Below, in pieces: positions 1-12,320 of a stretch of DNA of 64,000 bases. The translations under genes were made by a program, and so were the position numbers. Origin of the DNA: Eledone cirrhosa (taxonomy: Eukaryota); assembly GCA_964016885.1 (NCBI GenBank), contig OZ024740.1, positions 368,156,001-368,220,000 of the forward strand, in the 5' to 3' direction. The notes under the pieces are model-generated. The model did no database searches and was not told the origin of the DNA. It saw only the letters and a program-made list of their open reading frames with translations. Position 1 is the stretch's first letter, and each line of letters begins with the position of its first letter.

Positions 1-38
1 TATATATATATATATATATATATACATACATACATATA

Positions 39-79
<41 letters not shown>

Positions 80-240
80 TAGGATAAATCGTTAAATGTA
101 ATCCGATATGAGTCTGTGAAAACTACTCATCATGGACAGTTTAAGCGTACGGTGCCATGTGACTCAGCAAGAGATTTACGTTGGAGACGATTTCATGACT
201 TCGCTTATATTCCTATGTAAATATATCTTGAAGTAATAAA

Positions 241-488
241 AAAGGGAAAAATATCATGGTCAACACTACAAACAAGGATATTTATTTGTATTTTTAAGTT
301 TACCGTTACGTATATATGTTATATTTCTTAATAGTTTCTGATGAAATAAATGAAGTTATATGTATTGTAAATTGAATTATACTGTCTCCAGTATTTAGCA
401 ATTTATAGACAACTCTATCATGGAAACAATTGTAAGACAGTAAATAAATATCCTTGTTTGTAGTGTTGACCATGATATTCTTCACTTT
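241..488. mobile_element. Short fold-back element (Penelope pseudo-LTR-like) ending in (TA)n
   Basis: 241-287 is the reverse complement of ~441-488 (atatcatggtcaacactacaaacaaggatatttattt). Contains a hammerhead motif. Confidence 0.6.
334..438 (+). ncRNA. Type I hammerhead ribozyme motif with long stem II
   Basis: gttt-CTGATGA(338-344), ~78-nt imperfect hairpin, then GAA-acaattgt-A-agac. Palindromic stem III, GUA triplet, 4-bp stem I with one G-U pair. Confidence 0.6.
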
Positions 489-520
489 ATATATATATAT
501 ATATATATATATCTATCTAT

Positions 521-715
521 CTAAGGCGGGTAAAATTCCCGAGATCCATGGACGAGTTCTCTCCAGCGGTCTCTGTCCCTCATTATCGCTGCCATGTCCT
601 GCGTCTCCAACAGACCAGTGTCTGTCCTTAGGGCATCAACATATGTTAACCTTGGTCTTCCTCTTCCAGTGTGTCCATGTAGGGGCTCCCAAAGGAGCAC
701 GGAGTGCAATGTCAA
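521..715 (-). mobile_element. 3' fragment of an RTE-type LINE
   Basis: LLWEPLHGHTGRGRPRLTYVDAL...MRDRDRWRELV is the typical C-terminus of RTE-clade ORFs (GRP..W/Y.D, DR..WR), followed by a simple-repeat tail. Confidence 0.75.
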
Positions 716-796
716 CTCTGGATGTATATATATATATATAATATATATTTATAAAATATACTATATATATATATATAATATATATTTATAAAATAT

Positions 797-1675
797 ACTA
801 GCAGTGGTACCCAGCGTTGCACGGGATGAGGTATTTTGGAACGCAGGGCGCTAACAGACCTAATCCTGAAAAAACTCCATACCTGGACAATATATAAAGA
901 CAATAAACCGAATACTCTGATGAATGTATAATCTTTAAGATTTTCCTCAATCAAGTAGGAAAAAAGCAGGTTTTCACTTAAGAAAATGAATTATTTTTTA
1001 TGTGCATAATATGCCTTGAAATTTCGTGAAAATCGGCTATAAGTAACGCCTCCTAAAAAGCTGAAAAAATGAAGTTGTTCACCTAATGCGGGCCCTAAGC
1101 CATAAAAGTTGGGTTTTCTTTGCTCACGGTATGAAGAAGAGACTGATTAAAGCATAGTTACAATTTCAAGGAAATCAGTCTGGCGTAACGACTCAAATAA
1201 TCCCTAAAAACCTGTAAAAACGCAGTTTTTTAAATGCGTGCCCTAAGGGATCAAAAAGTTGAATTGTTTATGTCCATAACACTCCCTGAAACATAAATAA
1301 TACACATGTAAAGTTTGAAAAAAGTCGGTTAGGTACTCTCGAGTTTTAGGGATTCAAAGTCACAGACACACACACAGACAAACATCCTCAGGGAAGTGAC
1401 GTAATGTAGACAGTCAGACATACGGACAGATATTATAAGGGCGCGACGTTATATGTATGTATCTATCTAAAAGGTGAAAGACTAAGAATTATAGAGAGAG
1501 ATGGCTAAATCGACTAATATGGTCCCTAGGGCATTGAACATTTGTAATTTACTATTCTCAGAACGCTGCGTGAAACATAAGTATTACATGTGTAAAGTTT
1601 GAAAACAGTCGGTGTTGTAGTTCTCGAGTTTTAGGGATTCAAACTCACACACACACACATACATCCTCAGTTTTA
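797..1675 (+). mobile_element. Non-autonomous Helitron/Helentron-like element (Lep1/DINE-like ends), copy 1
   Basis: Starts ACTAGCagtggtacccagcgttgcacggg (terminal hairpin) and ends ...aagtttgaaaacagtcggt...(CA)n catcctcagtttta(TA)n. The 3' module is also present at ~1300-1390. Confidence 0.55.
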
Positions 1676-1696
1676 TATATATATATATATATATAT

Positions 1697-2123
1697 ACTA
1701 GCAGTGGTACCCGGCGTTGCACGGGATAATGTATTGTGAAATATATAATCGCCTTAACTAAGCTTAGTATTGCCACAACCACGGCTGGCAAAGAAGTAAG
1801 AGTCTGGTAAGTAAGCAACACTGTGGCTTAAAACGTGAGGAAGAAGTTGTGTGCACTTACCAACTGTTTAGGGAATGAGTGTGAGATTTGTCTTAACCGG
1901 AGGCAGCAGACAGCCAGAGATACAGACATATATTATAAGGGCGCGACGTTATATGTATGTATCTATCTAAAACGAGAAAGACTAAGAATTTGACATTTTT
2001 TTCTCAGAACACACCCGGAAACATAAGTATTACATGTGTAATGTTTGAAAACAGTCGGTTGTGTGCTTCTCGAGAGTTAGGGATTTACACTCACACACAC
2101 ACTGACAGAAATCCTCAGTTTTA
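1697..2123 (+). mobile_element. Non-autonomous Helitron/Helentron-like element, copy 2 (tandem)
   Basis: Same 5' 30-mer and 3' end as 797-1675. 1930-1990 duplicates 1430-1490; the interior differs. Confidence 0.55.
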
Positions 2124-2134
2124 TATATATACAT

Positions 2135-2316
2135 AATTGTTTCTACTTTTGGTACAAGGCCAGCAATTATTCCAGTGTATTACTGGTACTTTATTTTATC
2201 GACCCCGTAAGGATGAAAGGCAAAGTTAACCTTGGCGGGATTTGAACTCAGAATGGCAAGGGCCGTAACTCTATGCGTCAAAGCATGGCGTCCGACCCTC
2301 TACCGATACTACCAAT
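2135..2316 (-). mobile_element. tRNA-derived SINE (family S1)
   Basis: A box tggcagtatcgg-like, B box gagttcaaatcc, central gcctttcatccttacggggtcgataaaa domain, tail agtagaaacaatt. About 12 copies in the window. Confidence 0.85.
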
Positions 2317-3080
2317 ATAATATATGTAGTGGAGTGTTGAACTGAACATACGTGTTTCTATTGCTCTCTACCAAGTCAGTAGCAAGCTATACAGCTTTAA
2401 AGCCTATCTGACCGAGCATATATATTTATATATATTTGTAACCACGTGCTTTTCCTACCAACTCGTAAGTAAGTACGTTTTCTTAACTACAGATTATTAT
2501 ATCCACCCGTTTTCTCTTCATATCTTCAAAGAACCAAATAACCAAACACTTTTAACAACCTCAAACAACCAAATAACCACATCTCACATCCATAAAGGAG
2601 AATACATATCTATATATACGCTACTTTGATATCTTCAAATAACCAAAGGTTCACTCCCATAAGGAAAAAGTATATAGAAATACACGTGCTTTCCCTACAA
2701 ATTCGCTAGTACGTTTCCTAACTTCAAATTATTCCTAACTTCAAATTACTACATACACAAATTATTACATACACTGGATAACTTCAAACTAACCAAATAA
2801 GCTAAAACTATTAACATCCTCAAAAAACCAAACTCACATCCATAAGAGAGAATATATATATATATATATATATAGTTTTAAGGATACTATTTATGGTTAT
2901 GTATGTAATAAAACCTTTTATGGTTATATATTTTTTATACAAACCCTAAATAGTGAACGATAGTCATTAATTACTATCTTATTACCAGTAAGATAAATAG
3001 CTCAATGTAATAACATCGGTTGTTTTACAGAGCAGTTATATAGAGATTACAATAATCAAAGTTCAGTTTAAATCATTTAT

Positions 3081-3136
3081 TTGCTTACAATTGTTTCCTC
3101 CAAACCGAAAACCGAGGTTTGGATTCTTCGGAGCAA
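3081..3136 (-). ncRNA. Hammerhead motif, mirror copy of 4731-4779
   Basis: Reverse complement of 4731-4779 with a 7-nt duplication in stem II. Confidence 0.55.
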
Positions 3137-4730
3137 CTATTTAGTGATCTATAACATATTTGACCTCCTTTTCAACACAAGAGACATATAAAAACATATG
3201 CACATATTTATCCACAGTGGGATGACATCCATCAAAATGATATAGCTTGGCAATTTACATATAAAGGTTAAAGGATAAAGATAAAAATAAAAATAAAAAT
3301 AAAAATAAAAATGAAGCATTGGCAGTCTATGAAGATAAAGCAAGGGGAAAGTTTAGAGTAGTCAGTGTATGAAACAATCTCACGTGTAGCATGCACGCGT
3401 GTCTTATTTATACAGGATTAGAGTGCGTCAGAATGTTACTTGCAGGGTCAGGCAGTTGAAGCAGGCAATCGATATTATTATGTGGGCTGAATTATTAAAT
3501 CATTTTTTCGCATACACCTGTATGATATACAATCCCGAATGTGGAGAAACACCAAAATATCAAAAATATCAAACATATTATAAAACATATTATATCGTAG
3601 GCAAAACAGTACCACTGTCTTCGCGCACACCACCACTCACATAATCCATGAGACGCAATATATAGACCACGGGTCTATCATATAATCCACGATGGTTCGG
3701 CATATAACCAAGTTATAAACCGTATCTTGTCGATTCTTAATTAATAGATCATGTTGTTTAGTTTTGTGAGATGATACTATATTCCGGAAGTGTATGTATG
3801 ACCAAGGGGAGTTAATGCGTAAGGGGAGGTAACTAGCTATTCTTCTTAGTTAAATTTATTATCCTAAATTACATTAATGGTGTTTCAAATAAGTTCCTAT
3901 CATATGCTGTTATAACTAATTTCTAGATTATGTAACTTATCTATAGGTTACAGTGTTGTCTATTAAGAAGTACTAAAGGTGTATATATCAGGATGATTAC
4001 CTTCTATTAAGGGGTGTCATATCTGAACATTCTATAAGAAGAGTCAGACCCCCAAATCAATGTTCTTTGTAAGTGTAATTCCTCCCGCAGGACCTGGCAT
4101 GGTCCTATTATTTTATATGTGACTCCCGGTAAGCTCTTGGTCATTGTATGTCTGAATCCTTGGTAAATCTGAATATCTCCAGGGTGGTCTGGAGATCAAA
4201 TCTCTCATATAAAGACACCAGTCTGGCCATCAAGCAATAGATAAACTCTTATCTCATATATAAATTAAATTAGGTATCTTATCTACAAATTAGAGTGGAG
4301 TCTATTAATAAGTACTAAAGGAGTTCATATCATGAAGATTACAATCTGGAGATCAAATCTCCCATATAAAGTCACTCTAATTTCCAGATTGTAATCGATT
4401 GCCTGCTTCAACTGCCTGACCCTGCAAGTAACATTCTGACGCACTCTAATCCTGTATAAATAAGACACGCGTGCATGCTACACGTGAGATTGTTTCATAC
4501 ACTGACTACTCTAAACTTTCCTCTTGCTTTATCTTCATAGACTGCCAATGCTTCATTTTTATTTTTATTTTTATTTTTATTTTTATCTTTATCCTTTAAC
4601 CTTTATATGTAAATTGCCATGCTATATCATTTTGATGGATGTCATCCCACTGTGGATCAATATGTGCATATGTTTTTATATGTCTCTTGTGTTGAAAAGG
4701 AGGTCAAGTATGTTATAGATCACTAAATAG

Positions 4731-4779
4731 TTGCTCCGAAGAATCCAAACCTCGGTTTGGAGGAAACAATTGTAAGCAA
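4731..4779 (+). ncRNA. Minimal type I hammerhead motif (C4 variant)
   Basis: ttgct-CCGAAGA-a-tccaaacc-tc-ggtttgga-g-GAA-acaattgt-A-agcaa: 5-bp stem I, strong stem II, palindromic stem III, GUA triplet. Confidence 0.7.
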
Positions 4780-6427
4780 ATAAATGATTTAAACTGAACT
4801 TTGATTATTGTAATCTCTATATAACTGCTCTGTAAAACAACCGATGTTATTACATTGAGCTATTTATCTTACTGGTAATAAGATAGTAATTAATGACTAT
4901 CTTTCACTATTTAGGGTTTGTATAAAAATATATAACCATAAAAGGTTTTATTACATACATAACCATAAATAGTATCCTTAATACTATATATATATTCTCT
5001 CTTATGGATGTGAGTTTGGTTTTTTGAGGATGTTAATAGTTTTAGCTTATTTGGTTAGTTTGAAGTTATCCAGTGTATGTAATAATTTGTGTATGTAGTA
5101 ATTTGAAGTTAGGAATAATTTGAAGTTAGGAAACATACTAGCGAGTTTGTAGGGAAAGCACGTGTATTTCTATATACTTTTTCCTTATGGGAGTGAACCT
5201 TTGGTTATTTGAAGATATCAAAGTAGCGTATATATAGATATGTATTCTCCTTTATGGATGTGAGATGTGGTTATTTGGTTGTTTGAGGTTGTTAAAAGTG
5301 TTTGGTTATTTGGTTCTTTGAAGATATGAAGAGAAAACGGGTGGATATAATAATCTGTAGTTAAGAAAACGTACTTACTTACGAGTTGGTAGGAAAAGCA
5401 CGTGGTTACAAATATATATAAATATATATGTTCGGTCAGATAGGCTTTAAAGCTGTATAGCTTGCTACTGACTTGGTAGAGAGCAATAGAAACACGTATG
5501 TTCAGTTCAACAGTCCACTACATATATTATATTGGCAGTATCGGTAGAGGGTCGGACACCATGCTTTGACGCATAGAGTTACGATAATTAAATTGACCTC
5601 TTAATAAACACATGGTTTTCTCTGTCACAAACAATAAACATTAATGCGTCGTGTCTGAATGAAATTGCTGAAAAAACAGCTCAAACATTTACCACGAGGT
5701 CTGCTAAGCAGATACACAACAAACTAAAACATGTAGAAGTATCTTTCAAACTAATTCAAAACCATTTTGAAAAACTTCGATATATTTACTCCAATGGACA
5801 ATCACAACAACAGCAACATCAACAACAACAGCCAGACAATCGGGAGCCACCACTACTGAATTCAAGCATAATTAGTGAGTTACTGAATGACAGTATCCCT
5901 CAACCACTCACTCAGCCATCATTATCGCCATCACCATCACCACCACCGTCACCATCTTCTGCCACATCAACTGCTAGTACGGGACCACTTCTCACTCTCC
6001 CACCACAGTTGTTATCATCATCATCAACGTCAGCACCACTGCTTTCTTCCCCACATCACCACCATAGCCATGCCATAGTCAAAAGAACTTTTAAAAAATA
6101 TATATGGAGCTGTATGCACCCCCCCCCCCCACTACACATACTAGAAACCGCAAAATATGCCACTACTCACTACGTCAGAGGCTATTTACACGTAGCGATT
6201 CTATATTTACCCATTTACCGGGCACTAGGTGCACTAACACTGCCAGCGAACATCAAAGCACGCTGCCCGCACACATAGGTCGGACCCTCAAAATCTGCAA
6301 GATTCCCAACGAGAGAGGCTATGTCTACTGACTGACCGTCCCTTCACTCATCTTCCTGGGAAACAACCGATGAACAGAAAAGGGGCTCCATGTCAACACA
6401 CAAACCATAATAAAGCCACCGCCTGCT

Positions 6428-6605
6428 GCAGTAATGTTGCTCCAGTCTCCTCACAAAGACACGGATACAACAACAAAAACAACAAAAGAAATGCTGCTCC
6501 AGTCTTTTAACAAAGACTCTATTGCAACAACAACAAATACAACAACAAAAGTAATGCTGCTCCAGTCTTTCCACAAAAACACGATTACAACAACAACAAC
6601 AAAAG
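6428..6605. repeat. Three ~57-60-nt tandem repeats
   Basis: atgctgctccagtct...acaacaacaaaa repeated three times (MLLQS...TTTK in frame). Confidence 0.85.
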
Positions 6606-7033
6606 AGGGCATAGATACACACACCTTTGCACCACAGCTAACCAACTTTTCTGTTTACTGGCTCCCTATTACAAGCTTTCACACTCTGCCTGTAAATCAT
6701 GTGCTTGCACTGCTGATGAATTGATGTATCTATGCTTGGTTTGTTTTTTTGGATGATGCTGAGTAACGCCTTCATTCATTTCTTGCTCTCCTCTCTAAAC
6801 CTCCCTATCTATTGCACCATTTACGTGATAAACTTTTGACCTAATTTTTTAAGATGTAATTTTTCATGATGTAATTTTTTGTGACATTATATGTATCATG
6901 TATTGTGTGCCCCCCTTACTTGTCCTTCTTCCTTGTTCTGGTGACTAGGCTCGATGGACCCTGCAACCTTTGATATACTTTTGTTTAGCAAATAAAACAG
7001 TGTATTTCTAAGCACTCTTTGATTATTCCTAAA

Positions 7034-7084
<51 letters not shown>

Positions 7085-7757
7085 TCATATATGAAGCATA
7101 AGTATATATCTAAATAAGCAAAGTGGAATGTCAAACAGCAATCTCTGATCGTAGATATATCAAGAAGAAACGAAACGTAACCAGAAAATGTACCAATACG
7201 TAAATAATACACTCAGAAATCAAAGCCAACAATACACAAACACTCATTGGATAACACCATTGATTGCCAAAGTCGTAGCTAATACATTAAGTAAAACAAT
7301 GCTAATCATAGATGTATGTAAAACAAATGTATTTATACATGCAAACTGAGATGAGATCGCTGATATATAGATCCACTACTTATTGTATTGATAACGTCTT
7401 GACAGGGTGTGAGGCCATAAATATGTTAAGCTCAATGTTTCTGAATCGTAGAAATGTTAGTAAATGCCGATGTATAACTAGAAGGCATGTTGTATATTAA
7501 TAATAATGTATGTGGCACCTACTAAAAATAATATATATATTCTTATTAACACATAAACTGCTGTATTAAGATATTTGGAATAACTCTGATCTCAAATTTC
7601 TGGCATTACAAACATATTTAGACGAGAAGTAATACAATCTCTTAATCCAACTGCAGATAACTGAAAGCGAAATCAGCCTTATGTAATGGAACTAAATATA
7701 TTAAAGATTTTATTTCGGGGCATTGCAGGTTGGCAACATGAGTTTATCAAATGGAAA

Positions 7758-7758
<1 letters not shown>

Positions 7759-7810
<52 letters not shown>

Positions 7811-7852
7811 TTATTAGTAGTAGTAGTAGTAGTCGTAGTAGTAGTAGTAGTG
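7759..7852. repeat. (TAG)n microsatellite
   Basis: Visible tandem agt repeats. Confidence 0.95.
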
Positions 7853-8223
7853 TGAGATGATAAGCATAATACACACCGATAGATTCATATAAAAGCTGTA
7901 GAGGAAAATCAGATGATACTGGTGTTGACGATGACAAGGATGGTGATGACGATAATGGGATAGTGGTGATGGTGACGACGACGATGTCGATGATTTTGTT
8001 AATGAGTTGCTGTATATATATATATCCCTTCATTTAAGAGCTATGAATTAACTAATATAAATATGAAAATAGTTGGCAGATGCTCAGTAATCTAAACTAA
8101 AATGATGATTCACATCATGTCACTTTATTCACTTGGTGTACACAATTCCTAATATGTAAGTTAAAATAAAATTCTAAGGTTAAAAGTTTAAACCGTATTA
8201 AATGACAACATTCATATACTTAC

Positions 8224-8325
8224 CAGAAGTAATCCTTTATAGGCATATATTAGACCCATCCATATTGTCATATACTCACTGGCGCATGACTCTACAACAG
8301 GAATAATTTCACTGTCTCCCTTTAT
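8224..8325 (-). CDS. GABBR2: GABBR2-like exon (ECL2-TM5)
   Basis: 102-nt exon, tttag| ... |gtaagt. Encodes IKGDSEIIPVVESCASEYMTIWMGLIYAYKGLLL (ECL2 Cys and MTIWxGxxYAYKGLL motif). Confidence 0.93.
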
Positions 8326-8956
8326 CTAAATTACGAAAGGAAAACATAATAATTAACATTCATTATAAAAAATATATACTATAATTTCATAGCAATTCTC
8401 TTACTAGTAATAATACTTTTTTTTATATATTTGACATTAATACATTAGCATAATTTCCTGGACTGTGTACAGTACGTATATTATGGTTATGGAAGTATAA
8501 AATAAGAAGAGGGTATTAAAATACTATATTTTAGTAAGATTACTTACGGAGTTGTGGCTTTGACTAGATTTTGCTAAATTTTTTTTTCGATATATCGCAA
8601 CATCTTATTGAAAGGTTGTTATTATATAAGCCAGTGGTTTACATGCAGTCCCCATGGACCACAGGTGCCCATATAAATCTTTTGGGGTCCACAGAGTAAC
8701 AAATATAAATGTAGTATTATAGGTGTCCATGAACGAATTATTCTTTCAAAGAAAGATCTTAATATTGTAAGAAAAAACAAATGTTTCAATCAATTGAAAA
8801 TATAAAACAAAGACGTTACCAAATAAATTCCACAGGATGTTAATAGAAATCAGAGGAAATGATACATGGAAAAATAATAATAAACACAAACAGTATCAGT
8901 GATAAAGTGGGCTAAATTAATTCATATATTTATACACACACACACTTATATATATA

Positions 8957-8997
<41 letters not shown>

Positions 8998-9003
<6 letters not shown>

Positions 9004-9604
9004 ATAGAGGTGTAACACACAAAGTTATTATATATTGGTAAACGGAATAGAAAATGCTGACAAATTGTTCACAGTTGAAAAATGGTTTAATTAGGAATAA
9101 AAGAGTATTAGTGATTGTATGGGTTAGTATTCAGTTGTGGTTTAAAGTTTTTAAGCTTTTACCGGTTGCGCATTTCTAAATGCTTTTCAAAAATAATTTT
9201 GAGATAGAGTGTCCGTGCTGTTTGCTCTGATCTGATTAGTTTTGGGAATTCTACCTGTTTTTATGTTAAAAAAGTGGCTCCAGCGTTATTTTTGTGTTGC
9301 AAAAATGCTTGTGGTCAAAACAATTTTGATTGGTCGGTAGAGGTCATGTGAATGTAAAAAGTTGATTTTGCGCCAAGACTGTTTTTATGTAGAATTCCCA
9401 AAACTAATCAGATCAGAGCAAACAGCACGGACACTCTATCTCAAAATTATTTTTGTAAAGCATTTAGAAATGCGCAACCGGTAAAAACTTAAAAACTTAA
9501 AACCACAACTGAATACTAACCCATACAATCACTAATACTCTTTTATTCCTAATTAAACCATTTTTCAACTGTGAACAATTTGTCAGCATTTTCTATTCCG
9601 TTTA

Positions 9605-9612
<8 letters not shown>
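8998..9612. mobile_element. Fold-back element family D in (TA)n (arms 9031-9254 and 9389-9612, unpaired ~30-nt tail 8998-9030)
   Basis: Near-perfect 224-nt inverted repeat with TA runs on both sides. Contains the TTGAAAA...GCAACCGGTA hammerhead-like core. Confidence 0.8.
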
Positions 9613-9656
<44 letters not shown>

Positions 9657-9925
9657 TTAGTTAAGCAAAACAAGACAACAGATTTCACAAGGAAGTCATT
9701 ATTTAAAGGTTGTCAACATAGTTGTAGTTTAATGTAAGGAATGTAAAGAATAATGCTAATAATACTAATAATGTGCGTTTACAATTGTTTCGCTACTCCA
9801 TATAATTTTTCTGGATCAAATGATTATAGATCATTATTGATCTGGTTAAGTTGTAGATAATTAACTTTGGTAAAATTGGAGCAGTTCATCGGAACTTCAA
9901 AAGGAATATAAATTAAGGTAAAGAA

Positions 9926-9971
<46 letters not shown>

Positions 9972-10019
9972 ATATATATATGTGTGTGTGTGTTTGTGTG
10001 TGTATGTATCTTTGTATCG

Positions 10020-10050
<31 letters not shown>

Positions 10051-10160
10051 TATATGTGTGTGTGTGGAGGGGTGTATGTGTGTGTATATATAATTCCCAA
10101 ACTCCAACATATTTATATATATACATATATATGTGTGTGGGGGGGTATATATATATATAT

Positions 10161-10336
10161 AACGAAGGAAATGTGGTAAGGAACCAGGTGGACCATAACG
10201 CACCAAAATACTCAATACTTAGGGTAGTAGAGTGGGTAATAGGAACAAGTAAGACCTCGACGGCTGAGCTCAAGGTGTTTCGACTAATATTAGCCGTCGA
10301 AACGGCTTGAGCTCAGCCGTCGGGGTCTTACTTGTT

Positions 10337-10340
<4 letters not shown>
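10161..10340. mobile_element. Fold-back element family A, copy 1
   Basis: aacgaaggaaatgtggtaagg... tail plus hairpin taggaac...gttccta, bounded by (TA)n. Six copies in the window. Confidence 0.85.
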
Positions 10341-10395
<55 letters not shown>

Positions 10396-10424
10396 CCAAA
10401 CTCCAACATATATATATATATATA

Positions 10425-11122
10425 CGAATATATGACAAGCACAGTGTAGACGCCACAGTAGAAAGTATTAAGTGTACAATTTGTGGCATGAATGGAGATA
10501 CTCTATGGCGTATTACCAGTCAATGCGCATCACTAGCTCAGAAAGAATGTAGGAGACGTTACAACAATATATCAAGTATAGTCATTGGGCACTTTGTGGT
10601 AGATATGTTCTTGACAGACAGAAAAGTGGTACGAACAAAACCCTGGGGGTGTTATCGAAAATGATGTGACTTTGTGATACGGTGTGACCATGAGATTGAG
10701 CATAGAAGACCAGATATGATATGTGTATGATTGAGAAAGAAAGCAAACAGTGTTGGGTAATAAATATAGCCTGTCTAGCTGATAACACAATATGCGATAA
10801 AGAAGGAAGCAAGTTGATAGATACGACATGTTAACTTGGGAGGTTAAGCAGTTGTGGTCAATGTAAAAAGAAGTGGTAATATCAATAATAATTGGAGTTT
10901 GGGAACAGTGAGTAAACATCTTTAGAAGTAGATTAAACAAATAGGGATTGAAATACGGATGGAACCTACCGAAAAAAAAAAACAGCATTGCTTGGAACAG
11001 CTCAAATACTCCGGAGTGTATGCGAAAAATATGTAGTGATACTTCAGTTCACTGGTAGTGAACATCTAACACTAATATTTCACCAGCATTAGAAGCTGAG
11101 CGAAGAAACAATAATAATAATA
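10425..11122 (+). mobile_element. Decayed 3' fragment of an R4/Dong-type LINE
   Basis: KCTICG...CASLAQKE zinc-knuckle remnant, IEHRRPD restriction-like endonuclease remnant, (AAT)n tail. Homologous to 22400-22900. Confidence 0.75.
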
Positions 11123-11168
11123 AAGAGGTCAGAGTATTTAGATCTTACATCGGTCTATTATTTACTAA

Positions 11169-11236
<68 letters not shown>
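11169..11236. repeat. (GATA)n microsatellite
   Basis: Visible tandem repeat. Confidence 0.95.
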
Positions 11237-11237
<1 letters not shown>

Positions 11238-12116
11238 ATGGGAATTACTCGTTTAGAGTAGTAAGACCATAGTCGGCTAAGTCTTCAATATATCTTAGAG
11301 GACTAAAAATCAAATAGCCCGAATAAAAAAGGAATTTTGCGTTGATGTGTAGAATTATGTTTCTGCAGTCAAGTAAAGAGGCAAACGCTAGCCAAAGAAG
11401 TGAGGAATATAGGTCAATTAGTGGCTATAATTTGACAGCAAAGGAAACATCAGCATGTGGAAGGGAGTCACACGGACGTCACACACACACACATAAACAC
11501 ACACACACACGCACACGCACACGCACAATCTTACCCATGGTCTAATATATACATATACAACTGGTTATAGGAAAGTGATTAGATAGATATTAATGAATAG
11601 AGTATCTATAAATGAATGTATATTGATATAACAGTACAAAATAACAAAAATGATACTAACAAGAATGCCGATAATAAAGCTCTCAGTGATATGAATGTAG
11701 TGATAACCGCAAACGTAGTGGAAAATGATAGAAATATCACTGGTAAAATCATTACATAATATCAGAAGCAGTACGTAAATTTGGAGTAACACTAATTTTG
11801 TGGGAGGGGGAGTCGGCTATGACAGCGGGACATAAAGCTCAGTTGGATGCTGTGGTTACACCAAGGGAAGAAAATTAGTGGAAGGGCATGTTTGGAGGTA
11901 GATGAAATTCACTCGGGCGTCACACATACACATATACCCTACGTACAGGAACATACTTAACTACACTCAGACAAATGCATTTTAAGGATGCGCTGATATT
12001 TGGTAATAATGGAGATAGGGGGAAATCAGAGATAACAATATTAAAGGAAATATGAATAATCGTTGAGAATAATGAAGGATAACCACAAAACGTAGTTATG
12101 GTGAAAACGGTAATAA

Positions 12117-12320
12117 ATGTTTCTACTTTAGACACAAGGTCAGCAATTTGAAAGTAGATTAAATCGACCCTAATGAATTACTGGTGCTTGATTTATCGAC
12201 CTCGTAAGGATGAAAGGCAGAGCTAACCTTTGCGAGATTTGAACTAAGTACGTAAATGTACGTAACTATATCCTGCGAATAATGGTGTCCGACGCTCTAG
12301 CGATACTGCAATCCGCCACC
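12117..12320 (-). mobile_element. SINE S1 with target-site duplication
   Basis: S1 body flanked by ggtgaaaacggtaataa (12100) and ggtgaaattggtaataa (12324). Confidence 0.85.

Larger units (their letters stand above)
2264..5583. repeat. 1.2-kb inverted duplication (arms 2264-3473 and 4394-5583)
   Basis: Arms are near-identical reverse complements (mirrored ORFs 3149-3343 and 4524-4718), separated by a 920-nt spacer. Confidence 0.95.

Noticed and set aside
3149-4718. Two near-identical 64-aa ORFs on opposite strands
   Set aside because: A by-product of the inverted duplication and a (TTTTTA)n repeat, with non-ATG starts.
5468-5500. ctgactt...gaaacacgta hammerhead-like string
   Set aside because: The 5' box does not match and no stem I was found.
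8632-8730. cagtggtt...ggggtccac, resembling a hAT/MITE end
   Set aside because: No matching second TIR or TSD found.
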